Origin: a virus
Lineage: Duplodnaviria > Caudoviricetes
Reading direction: 5' to 3' (one strand)
DNA: 37,379 bases
Virus record (IMG/VR): IMGVR_UViG_3300025301_000042
Location: 1 to 37,379 of that record
Shown here: piece after piece, positions 9,278 to 17,662 of the stretch
Layout: every line of letters begins with the position of its first letter
How positions within the stretch are numbered: position 1 is the stretch's first letter
Made by a program: the position numbers and the translations under genes
Notes under the pieces: generated by a model
Told to the model about the DNA's origin: nothing
Database searches by the model: none
Seen by the model: only the letters and a program-made list of their open reading frames with translations

Positions 9278-9532
9278 ATGGAACTAGATAGAAATTTAGT
9301 AGATGTTATAGCTAGAGTAATGGCTATACCTGTTGAAGAAATTACACCAGATAAAGATATGATAGATGATCTGGGAATGGATTCAATGGATTTGATTGAT
9401 GTGATAAATCAGACTGATGAATTCACAGGATTAAACCGAATGGAACTAAATGATTTTAGTGAATGCAGAACTGTTCAAGACTTTTCGGATAGGTTCACAG
9501 AGTTGTTGGCAGAATCAGTCCCTCAAGGCTGA
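9278..9532 (+). CDS. acpP: Acyl carrier protein
   Basis: 84 aa and acidic. DDLGMDSMDLIDVI phosphopantetheine-attachment motif (cf. DLGADSLD), I.P...M.DDLG and TVQDF. AGGAAGG RBS. Confidence 0.88.
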   Translation: MELDRNLVDVIARVMAIPVEEITPDKDMIDDLGMDSMDLIDVINQTDEFTGLNRMELNDFSECRTVQDFSDRFTELLAESVPQG

Positions 9533-9887
9533 TGAACTTCTAAAATTTTTCAGAAGAGAGGCAACTGATAAGATTATTCCTACCAGACCTGAAGATAAAG
9601 CTATTAATTTTTATCAAACAGCTATTTTGGATACGAATCAATATGTATGTTTAGGACAAGGAGATGATATTAATATTTTTTGGAGTTGGTTATGGGTTAC
9701 TTCAAAGGAAGAAGGTTTAAAAACTGTAGGAAGTTGGGATATTCCTAAACAAAATTATAATTCCGAATCTATTTATGTACCTACTTTATGTATAAGTAGG
9801 AAATACAGAAATAAAATAAACTGGCTAAAATATGTAAAAGATCTTTTACCTACACATAAAGAACTTTTTTTTAAAAGAGCAAAATAA
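9450..9887 (+). CDS. HlyC/RTX toxin-activating acyltransferase-like (TAAT/GNAT-fold) protein
   Basis: By-eye similarity to E. coli HlyC: AINFYQTAILDTNQYVCL...DD...FWSW vs AINVLPAIQANQYVLL..DD....CSW, and LKYVKDLLPTHKELF vs YKYMRKKFPDELF. Adjacent to the ACP. Start uncertain. Confidence 0.62.
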   Translation: MILVNAELFKTFRIGSQSCWQNQSLKADELLKFFRREATDKIIPTRPEDKAINFYQTAILDTNQYVCLGQGDDINIFWSWLWVTSKEEGLKTVGSWDIPKQNYNSESIYVPTLCISRKYRNKINWLKYVKDLLPTHKELFFKRAK

Positions 9888-9888
9888 T

Positions 9889-10236
9889 ATGAAAATATAT
9901 ACGGAAGTAAATTATGATTTAATAAATGATTGTCTTGTTGAAAGTGATTCTAAATCTTATGAATATGAAGGTGAAGTACTTTTCTGTGGTTCAACTGGTG
10001 GACAAGTTGAAGATGTTGTTGAAGAAGCTGTTACCATGGTTGATGAAGGTGGAGGTAAAGAAGAAGAAGAAGAAGAAGAGGAAGAACTTGACCCTGACGA
10101 TCCTGCTTTTGTTCCAGGTAAAGGGTTTGCTCAAAGAGTAAAAGGGTACGATCCATTTTTAAAGATTCAAAAACAAACAAAAGGAGTTCAAGGTCAGTTT
10201 ACTAGAGGTTCATTAAGAGTAAATAGACCATCATAA
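9889..10236 (+). CDS. Putative small virion protein (gp6.7-like) with MKIYTEV...C leader
   Basis: Directly upstream of the portal (TAATG coupling); poly-Glu tract; C-terminal RGSLRV; leader shared with 17663. Confidence 0.65.
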   Translation: MKIYTEVNYDLINDCLVESDSKSYEYEGEVLFCGSTGGQVEDVVEEAVTMVDEGGGKEEEEEEEEELDPDDPAFVPGKGFAQRVKGYDPFLKIQKQTKGVQGQFTRGSLRVNRPS

Positions 10237-11813
10237 TGGAAACAATTAGTGTAGATTCAGAATATCAAGATAAGGCAGGGTATGCTCACGGAATATATAC
10301 CACTCTATCTGCTGATCGTTCATCTTTTCTTGACAGGGCAAGGACTGCTTCCCAAATTACCATCCCTTCCTTACTACCTGAACAAGGACATACAGGTGCA
10401 AGTATCCTACCTACTCCTTTCCAATCCATAGGAGCAGAAGGTGTAAATAATTTAGCTAGTAAATTACTCCTTTCGCTCCTTCCTCCTAATTCTCCATTCT
10501 TCCGTCTAGTTATAAATGATGCAGAATTAGAAGCTTTAGTGTCAGATCAAAAAGGTGAAGTGGAAGAGACATTGGCAAAGATAGAAAGAATGATAACACA
10601 GGAGATTGAAGTTCGTGCATTCCGTGTCCCTATTTCAGAAGCTCTAAAACAATTATTGGTTGCGGGAAATGTCTTACTATATCTTACTCCCAAAGATCAG
10701 ATGAGAGTTTTTAGGTTAGATAGATATGTAGTTAAACGAGATTCAATGGGAAATGTTTTAAAGATTGTTATAAAGGAATCTCTTTCTCCATTATCTTTAC
10801 CTGAAAATGCTAAGAAATTACTACCTGAACCAGAACAAGATGAGTTACCTATGGGTAATGTCGATCTTTATACCTGTGTAAAATGGACAGGTAGAAATTG
10901 GACAATTCTTCAGGAACTAGAAGGTGAAATTGTACCGGGAAGTGAAGGAACTTATCCTAAAAATAAAAGTCCTTTTCTAGCTCTACGTTTTACACATATA
11001 GATGGTGAAGATTATGGTAGAGGATTTGTAGAGGAATACATTGGAGATTTAAAATCCTTAGAGACCTTGACTAAAGCTATAGTAGAAGGAAGTGCTGCTG
11101 CTGCAAAGGTTCTATTTCTAGTTAGACCTAATGGTACTACTAGAATTAAAACTTTGGCAGATTCTCCTAATGGTGCAATAGTAAGTGGAGATGATCAAGA
11201 TGTATCTACTTTACAACTTCAGAAATCGGCAGACTTTCGTGTTGCCCAAGAGACAATACGAACTTTATCGGAACGTCTGTCTCGTGTATTTCTCATGAAT
11301 TCTTCTGTCAGGAGAGATGCGGAAAGAGTAACAGCAGAAGAAATAAGAATTGCATATCAAGAATTAGAAATAGCTCTAGGTGGAGTTTATTCTATTTTAT
11401 CTCAAGAATTTCAATTGCCCTTGGTACAACTTCTCATGCACAAAATGCAGAAAGAGAAAAAATTACCCAAGTTTCCTGACGAATCTTTAAAACCTCTAAT
11501 TGTCACAGGTGTTGAGGCACTTGGACGAGGACAAGACTTAAATGAACTAGCAGGTTTCTTGCAGCATTTAGCTCCTCTTGGGTCTGAGACAGCCATAAGA
11601 GAATTAAATGTTAATGAGTATATATCTCGACTAGCGGCTTCCCTCGGAATTGATACCGAAGGGCTTTTGAAAACTGATGAACAGAAACAACAAGAACAAC
11701 AAGCAATGATGAAACAACAGGAACAACTAGAGGAACGACAAATGATGGGTAAAGTAATAGGTGACGTAGCTCCTGAAATGGCTAAAAATGCAATGCAACA
11801 ACCACAACAATAA
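10236..11813 (+). CDS. Portal / head-tail connector (T7 gp8-like)
   Basis: PFQSIGAEGVNNLASKL, GEDYGRGFVEEY.GDL, RDAERVTAEEIR, LGGVYS.LSQEFQLP, TGVEALGRGQD. Confidence 0.97.
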   Translation: METISVDSEYQDKAGYAHGIYTTLSADRSSFLDRARTASQITIPSLLPEQGHTGASILPTPFQSIGAEGVNNLASKLLLSLLPPNSPFFRLVINDAELEALVSDQKGEVEETLAKIERMITQEIEVRAFRVPISEALKQLLVAGNVLLYLTPKDQMRVFRLDRYVVKRDSMGNVLKIVIKESLSPLSLPENAKKLLPEPEQDELPMGNVDLYTCVKWTGRNWTILQELEGEIVPGSEGTYPKNKSPFLALRFTHIDGEDYGRGFVEEYIGDLKSLETLTKAIVEGSAAAAKVLFLVRPNGTTRIKTLADSPNGAIVSGDDQDVSTLQLQKSADFRVAQETIRTLSERLSRVFLMNSSVRRDAERVTAEEIRIAYQELEIALGGVYSILSQEFQLPLVQLLMHKMQKEKKLPKFPDESLKPLIVTGVEALGRGQDLNELAGFLQHLAPLGSETAIRELNVNEYISRLAASLGIDTEGLLKTDEQKQQEQQAMMKQQEQLEERQMMGKVIGDVAPEMAKNAMQQPQQ

Positions 11814-11827
11814 TAGGAAGGTACAAT

Positions 11828-12607
11828 ATGGCAGATACAAAAGAAGTAAATACATTTGAAGAAGAAGCTCCTGAAAGTCAGGAACATATAAAGGAGATGA
11901 TAGATAAGGCCGAGAGAGTTCAGAGTGTTCCTAGAGATGACGGAAAACCTACATGGTTACCAGATAAATTTGAAAGTCCAGAAGATATGGCAGAAGCTTA
12001 TGCCCAACTGGAACAGAAATTATCTTCTCAGGACACTCAACAAGTTAAAAAGACAGAAGAAAAACCTGCTCCTATAGCTTCCCAAGAACAAGTAAGTGAA
12101 GCTCTTACCAAGCAAGGTATAGATTTTGAGAAATATGCTCGTGAGTATGGAGAAGAAGGAGCATTAAGTGAGAGATCTTATGAAGAACTTGCAGATAAAG
12201 GGATGACTCAGGATGTTGTTAATACATGGATAACAGGACAACAAGCTATTGCAGATAAGGTACTAAATCAGGCTTATGATGCAGTAGGAGGAACTGAAGA
12301 ATATGAATCACTTGTTAAATGGGCAAGTACTTCATTGAATGATAAAGAAATAGATTCTTTTAATCGTGCTATAGAAGCTCCTAATTCAGATGATGTAGTC
12401 TTCGCAATTAAATCTTTAAATGCAAGACGATCAATGGAAGATGGACAAGCACCAACACTTTTGCAGGGTGATACAGGTGGAACAGGAGTAGATTCCTTTA
12501 AGTCAGTAGCTCAATTGACAAAGGCTATGAATGATCCACGTTATAGTAATGATCCTGCCTACAGGGATGAAGTGACACAGAAGTTGTCACAGTCATCCAT
12601 TATGTAA
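11828..12607 (+). CDS. Capsid scaffolding protein (T7 gp9-like)
   Basis: WLPDKF.S.EDMA.AY..LE, VGG.EEY..LV.WA, C-terminal AMNDPRY..DPAYR..V..KL. Confidence 0.93.
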   Translation: MADTKEVNTFEEEAPESQEHIKEMIDKAERVQSVPRDDGKPTWLPDKFESPEDMAEAYAQLEQKLSSQDTQQVKKTEEKPAPIASQEQVSEALTKQGIDFEKYAREYGEEGALSERSYEELADKGMTQDVVNTWITGQQAIADKVLNQAYDAVGGTEEYESLVKWASTSLNDKEIDSFNRAIEAPNSDDVVFAIKSLNARRSMEDGQAPTLLQGDTGGTGVDSFKSVAQLTKAMNDPRYSNDPAYRDEVTQKLSQSSIM

Positions 12608-12618
12608 CACTCCAAAAA

Positions 12619-12674
12619 TACTACTACAAAGTAAATTTTAGCCCATTGCGGTGGATAACTTTGATTGAAAAGTA
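12619..12674 (+). promoter_or_regulatory. Putative structured RNA element in the capsid gene leader
   Basis: CAAAGT (12627-32) pairs with ACTTTG (12658-63); inner stem CCAT-TGCG-GTGG has a UNCG-type loop. Confidence 0.5.
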
Positions 12675-12752
12675 CTGTGGTTATAAACGGAGATTTTTAT
12701 AATCAAATTGCTGGCAATTCAGTTCAGCTTTAACTTTAATCAAAGGAATAAA

Positions 12753-13967
12753 ATGGCACTTCAAGGAGCCTCAAACGCTTTGAACGCTGCGGCACAACGT
12801 AGTGGACAAACTAATGCGGCAGGTGACGTAAGGAATTTATATTTAAAACTTTACGCTGGTGAAGTCATGTCTGCTTTTCAGACGAAAAACATCATGATGA
12901 ACTACTGCCGAGTGCGGTCAATTAAGAAAGGTAAGTCTGCCCAGTTTATAATGACAGGCAAGTACCGAGCCGCAGAATATCACACACCTGGGAATGAGAT
13001 CATGCCAGATGTGATAGCAAAGAATGCTGAGAGAGTAGTCTCAGTTGATGATCTCTTAATTGCTGCACAATTCATCCCTAATATTGATGAAGCAATGCAA
13101 CACTTCGACATCCGTTCAGTCTACACACAGGAATCTGGTTATGCTTTAGCAAAATCGGCTGACCAGAATATCCTTCGTATGGCTGTTAAAGCTGCATTAA
13201 CCACTAATAAGGAACGTGCAAGTAAAATGATTCAAGATTATGATTCATGGGATGATGAAGATTTCACAGCAAACGTGACTTATGCCGGAAACTTAGCTGA
13301 CTCAAAGAAGGCAGCCGATTTCGTAGAAGGTATAATCGAAGCTAAACGTATTCTTGAGAGTGCAGGAGCACCTCTTGAGGATCTCGTTTGTGTTTGTGCA
13401 ACCGACCAATTCTATTCCTTGTTCAAGACAGGTATTAATAGTGAAGATATTACTGCCTTGACAATGTTTAATAGAGATGTAGGTGGAGGTGGATCAATAA
13501 ATAATCTTGATCTTCCAACGATTGCAGGTATTTCTGTAGTTAGGACTCCTCATCTTGGAAGTATGGGTCATGGAGCAGCAGCAGCATGGACAGGTTCTCT
13601 GTGGTCAACTGCTGACCCTGCTATTTCAACTGGTCAAGCACCACTTGCAAATACCGCAGGATCAGGTAGGACTGCTCATTACAATCTTCCAGCAGCTTAT
13701 ACAGCCGCTACCGCTTCAGGTAGTAATATTGGTGCTGTAGGTGGTCTTGACGGCACATCTGCAGTTGATCTTGAGAACGAATCTTTAACAGTTCGTGCTC
13801 TAGTTATGCACAAGGATGCTGTTGCAACTGTGAAACTGATGGACTTGTCCGTTGAGTCTGAGTATCAGATTGAGCGTCAGGGTACTCTGATTGTTTCTAG
13901 GTATGCAATGGGTCATAACGTACTACGACCAGCAATGGCAGTAGCATTAATGGCTCCAGCAGCTTAA
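12753..13967 (+). CDS. Major capsid protein (T7 gp10-like)
   Basis: LYLKLYAGEV..AF, RSIKKGKSAQF, HTPG, VDDLLI, D.RS.YT.E.GYALA, YAMGH.VLRP. AAGGA RBS before ATG 12753. Confidence 0.97.
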   Translation: MALQGASNALNAAAQRSGQTNAAGDVRNLYLKLYAGEVMSAFQTKNIMMNYCRVRSIKKGKSAQFIMTGKYRAAEYHTPGNEIMPDVIAKNAERVVSVDDLLIAAQFIPNIDEAMQHFDIRSVYTQESGYALAKSADQNILRMAVKAALTTNKERASKMIQDYDSWDDEDFTANVTYAGNLADSKKAADFVEGIIEAKRILESAGAPLEDLVCVCATDQFYSLFKTGINSEDITALTMFNRDVGGGGSINNLDLPTIAGISVVRTPHLGSMGHGAAAAWTGSLWSTADPAISTGQAPLANTAGSGRTAHYNLPAAYTAATASGSNIGAVGGLDGTSAVDLENESLTVRALVMHKDAVATVKLMDLSVESEYQIERQGTLIVSRYAMGHNVLRPAMAVALMAPAA

Positions 13968-13975
13968 ACTAAATT

Positions 13976-14065
13976 GAGGGCAACAGGAGGTTCTCTTCCA
14001 AACGGAGCGATCCTTCCTCTCTCCATTACCTCCTGCTCTGCCCTCTTTTTTCTTTCTTTCTTTTT
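13976..14065 (+). terminator. Tphi-like intrinsic terminator after the capsid gene, with a large internal insert
   Basis: GAGGGCA (13976-82)/TGCCCTC (14039-45) and CAGGAGGT (13984-91)/ACCTCCTG (14028-35) stems, then a long T-rich tract. Confidence 0.75.
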
Positions 14066-14090
14066 ATCTCCCCTTATATTATTATTTATT

Positions 14091-14702
14091 ATGGCAACAT
14101 TAGTACCTACATCAAAACTAGATGCTGTTAATTCAATTCTTTTAGGTATAGGTGAAGCACCAGTTAATACTTTAGGATCAGGATTACAGGAAGCAGAGAT
14201 TGCTGAAGTAACTTTAAATAACATTAGTAGAGAAGTTCAGTCTCTAGGATGGCATTTCAATACTGAAATAAGATATACTTTAGATAAAACTGAAGCAGGA
14301 ATAATTAATCTTCCTGCTAATTGTTTAAAGGTAGATGTAACTGCAGTTCTAAGAGATTACAATACTGATGTAGTTGAAAGAAGTAGAAAATTATATGATA
14401 GAGTTAAAAATACATTTGTTTTCACTACAGATATAGAAACAGATATAGTTATTTTACTAGATTTTGAAGAGATTCCTGAAACTGCAAGACGATATATAAC
14501 TTTGAGGGCAGCTAGAAAATTTCAGGAAAATATTATAGGATCACCTGTACTGTCCAGACTTCAAGCAGATGAAGAGATGTTTTCTCTAATGGCTTTGAGA
14601 GAATCCGAAGCAGAAATAGGTGATTATACAATATTCGATCAATATGATACTTATCGTCATATAGATAGAAAAATAAGTACATCTATTTCTACACTTATAT
14701 AA
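14091..14702 (+). CDS. Tail tubular protein A / adaptor (T7 gp11-like)
   Basis: LDAVNSIL.GIGEAPV, SREVQS.GWHFNTE, F.EIPE.ARRYI..RAARKF. Start is ATG 14091 rather than 13974. Confidence 0.95.
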   Translation: MATLVPTSKLDAVNSILLGIGEAPVNTLGSGLQEAEIAEVTLNNISREVQSLGWHFNTEIRYTLDKTEAGIINLPANCLKVDVTAVLRDYNTDVVERSRKLYDRVKNTFVFTTDIETDIVILLDFEEIPETARRYITLRAARKFQENIIGSPVLSRLQADEEMFSLMALRESEAEIGDYTIFDQYDTYRHIDRKISTSISTLI

Positions 14703-14711
14703 ATATAAACT

Positions 14712-17660
14712 ATGGCATTAGTATCTTCATCAATACCTAATCTTATAAATGGAATATCACAACAACCTCCTGAAGTAAGATTACCATCACAAGGTGAGGT
14801 ACAGGAAAATGGTTTAGCTACAGTAGTAAGAGGTTTAGAGAAGAGACCTGGAACTGAATCAGTTCAGAAATTAGATTTTACACCTACTGGTACTTATCTT
14901 ATTCATCCAATAAGGAGAGATGAGACTGAGGAATATACTTTAATACTAGGTAAGGCAGGTTCAGATAAGTTTATAAAAGTATTTGATGGCGATGGAAATG
15001 CCATGCCTGTTCAAGGAGATACTTTTGCAACTATTGATGATGATGATTTAGCATACTTTAGTGAGGTTACTGACTTTAGTACTCAAGTGAGTGCCACTAC
15101 TGTAACCGATACAACTTTCTTCTGTTCAAGTAAGAAAACAGTTACAGTTGCTACTGCAGATGGTCAAACATCAGGACAGGATGATAGTGATTTTGAAACA
15201 GATAGAGGTACTTCTGGTGTTGATACTGATGCAAAAAGAGAAGCTTTAGTTTATGTTAAACAAGGTGGGTTTAGTAGTAAATATATTATAACTATTAAAG
15301 TAGGAAGTACATATCATAGGGTAGGTTACCAGACTCCTGCTAACCAACCTGTAAATAACCAGCAATATATTGGTACAGATACCATTGCTAAGATTCTTCA
15401 TGAAGGTGCATCTGCATGTGGTAGTGGAGATGGTTGGGGAGAATTTACGGCATCGGATGTAAACTTATTAAAAGAAGGTTTTGGTGGACGGAAACCTACA
15501 GTAAACGTAGACACCGATGGAACTGCTGATGGTACTTATGCAGATGGTTTAAATTCTACAGCAACAGGTGATAGAGGAATGCCAGAATATATGACATGCA
15601 CAAGGACAGGAAGTCTTCTCCACTTTGTACATACTGCTGATTTTGAAATCAGTACTGAGGATTCTCATGGTGATACTGATATATTTGCAATTTCAGGTGC
15701 GTATGGTGGTGGTGTAGGAACTAAAGCTTTTACAGATCTTCCTGCAGTTGGTGTAAAAAATGGTTTTGTGGCGAAAATAAAAGGGGATAATTCTGTAAAT
15801 CAGGATGATTTTTATGTAAAATTTGAAGCTGATGATTTAGGAAAAGGTGTATGGAGAGAGTGTCTAGCACCAAAACTTGATAGACATTTTAATGTCGCAA
15901 CTATGCCACATAGATTAGTTAGATTATTTGATGATGATGAAATTGTTCCTATTACAAATCCTCTAGGTATAACATTTGTATTTGAACCAGTAAAAAGTGT
16001 AACAGATACACGGACAGTAGCTACAGTCAGTACTGCCTATGAGAGAATAGGATGGAGGGCTAGATTGGCAGGAGATGATGATCTAAATCCTTTCCCTTCC
16101 TTTGTAGGTGGAGCTATAACCGATATATTCTTCCATAAAAATAGATTAGGATTCTTGAATGACGAAAATGTAATCTTTAGTGAATCAGGAAACTATTATA
16201 ATTTCTTCCCCTTGACTGTTATAACAGCAGTAGACAGTAATCCTATTGATGTGACAGTATCCAATGATAAAGTATCCCTCCTCAAACATGCAGTACCATT
16301 TAGTGAGACTCTGCTATTCTTCTCAGAACTTCAACAGTTCAAATTATCAGAGCAAGAAATATTATCTCCTGCAACTGTATCTATTGATGTAACTACCCAA
16401 TTTGAAACTGATGCTAGAGCTAAACCTGTATCGGTTGGAAGGTATGTTTTCTTTTCTTTTCAGAGAGGGGAATTCTCAGGTGTAAGAGAATACTTTGTTG
16501 ATAATAGAAAAGAAGTTAATGATGCAGTTGAAGTTACTGCTCATGTACCACAATATATACCAGGAAAAATTACAAATCTAGTATCTTCAAGTAACGAACA
16601 AATTCTAGTTTGTCAAAGTAGTGATGAACCTCAGAATTTATATATTTATAAATATTATTGGCAAGCATCAGATAAGATTCAATCTTCATGGTCAGTTTGG
16701 AAATTTGGTAATGATATTCTTAATTGTACTTTTATAGGTTCCACGCTTCAAATTCTTATTAATAGAGATGATGGAGTATATCTTGAAAATATTAATCTCT
16801 CTACTGATTCTTCAATTGCAGTAATGGAAGATGAGACTCCAGTATTGTTAGATAGGAGAGTAAAGATAAAAACTTCTACAAGTATAGATACATTCTCAGA
16901 TTTACCATACACAGGTATCAAGAGTTTAGCTATTACAACAGCAGGGACAGGTTATACAGCAGGGAATTTAACTGTTACAGGAGGAGGAGGAAGTGGATTT
17001 ACAGGTACATTTACTGTAGGAGGATCAGGAGAAGTAGCTACTGTAACAATCACTAATGCAGGAAGTGGATATTCTTCTCTACCTACTATTGGCTTTCAAG
17101 GAGGTACAAGTGGAACTGTAGCCGTTGTTACTCCCACTTTAGAATTACCTTCTAATATGGTATATGTAAATCAGAATGCACAGAAAATTGCACAGGCAGA
17201 TGTAGATACACAGATAGCAGCAGGAGATACTATATATGCAGGAATACCATACACTTTTCTATACCAATTTACAAGATTCCTACATAAATCAAAAGATGAA
17301 GTGACAGTACAGACAGCAAAACTTCAACTTAGAAATATAAATGTACTATATAGTAATACAGGTTTCTTTAAATTGAATGTAGAGGTTGCACCTTATACTA
17401 TTAATGTTCCTGATCCTGCCACTCCTGGCAGTACAATTGAAATCACACCTCGTAAAGCTTATGAAAAAACATTTAGTGGATTCATTACTAATAGTTCCCA
17501 GATAGGAGAATATAAATTACTATCAGGTTCCTTTAAAAGTTCAATACTTTCTAATCCATATAATTGTAGAATTTCTTTAACCAACAATGAATACCTCCCT
17601 TGTGCTTTTCAAAGTGCAGAATGGGAAGGTTTCCTACATATTAGATCTCAAAGAATATAA
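14712..17660 (+). CDS. Tail tubular protein B / nozzle (T7 gp12-like)
   Basis: SIPNLINGISQQP, GLEKRPG, ATMPHRL, GDDDLNPFPSF, FFHKNRLGF, TAHVPQYI, QSSWSVW, AEWEG. Confidence 0.95.
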   Translation: MALVSSSIPNLINGISQQPPEVRLPSQGEVQENGLATVVRGLEKRPGTESVQKLDFTPTGTYLIHPIRRDETEEYTLILGKAGSDKFIKVFDGDGNAMPVQGDTFATIDDDDLAYFSEVTDFSTQVSATTVTDTTFFCSSKKTVTVATADGQTSGQDDSDFETDRGTSGVDTDAKREALVYVKQGGFSSKYIITIKVGSTYHRVGYQTPANQPVNNQQYIGTDTIAKILHEGASACGSGDGWGEFTASDVNLLKEGFGGRKPTVNVDTDGTADGTYADGLNSTATGDRGMPEYMTCTRTGSLLHFVHTADFEISTEDSHGDTDIFAISGAYGGGVGTKAFTDLPAVGVKNGFVAKIKGDNSVNQDDFYVKFEADDLGKGVWRECLAPKLDRHFNVATMPHRLVRLFDDDEIVPITNPLGITFVFEPVKSVTDTRTVATVSTAYERIGWRARLAGDDDLNPFPSFVGGAITDIFFHKNRLGFLNDENVIFSESGNYYNFFPLTVITAVDSNPIDVTVSNDKVSLLKHAVPFSETLLFFSELQQFKLSEQEILSPATVSIDVTTQFETDARAKPVSVGRYVFFSFQRGEFSGVREYFVDNRKEVNDAVEVTAHVPQYIPGKITNLVSSSNEQILVCQSSDEPQNLYIYKYYWQASDKIQSSWSVWKFGNDILNCTFIGSTLQILINRDDGVYLENINLSTDSSIAVMEDETPVLLDRRVKIKTSTSIDTFSDLPYTGIKSLAITTAGTGYTAGNLTVTGGGGSGFTGTFTVGGSGEVATVTITNAGSGYSSLPTIGFQGGTSGTVAVVTPTLELPSNMVYVNQNAQKIAQADVDTQIAAGDTIYAGIPYTFLYQFTRFLHKSKDEVTVQTAKLQLRNINVLYSNTGFFKLNVEVAPYTINVPDPATPGSTIEITPRKAYEKTFSGFITNSSQIGEYKLLSGSFKSSILSNPYNCRISLTNNEYLPCAFQSAEWEGFLHIRSQRI

Positions 17661-17662
17661 GA

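Noticed and set aside
10060-10086. (GAA)n tandem repeat
   Set aside because: Encodes an in-frame poly-Glu linker; not an array or an evident phase-variation tract.
13940-14090. T7 gp10B-like frameshift extension of the capsid, or the long 13974 start for gp11
   Set aside because: No slippery heptamer near the capsid stop, and the region is better explained as terminator RNA.
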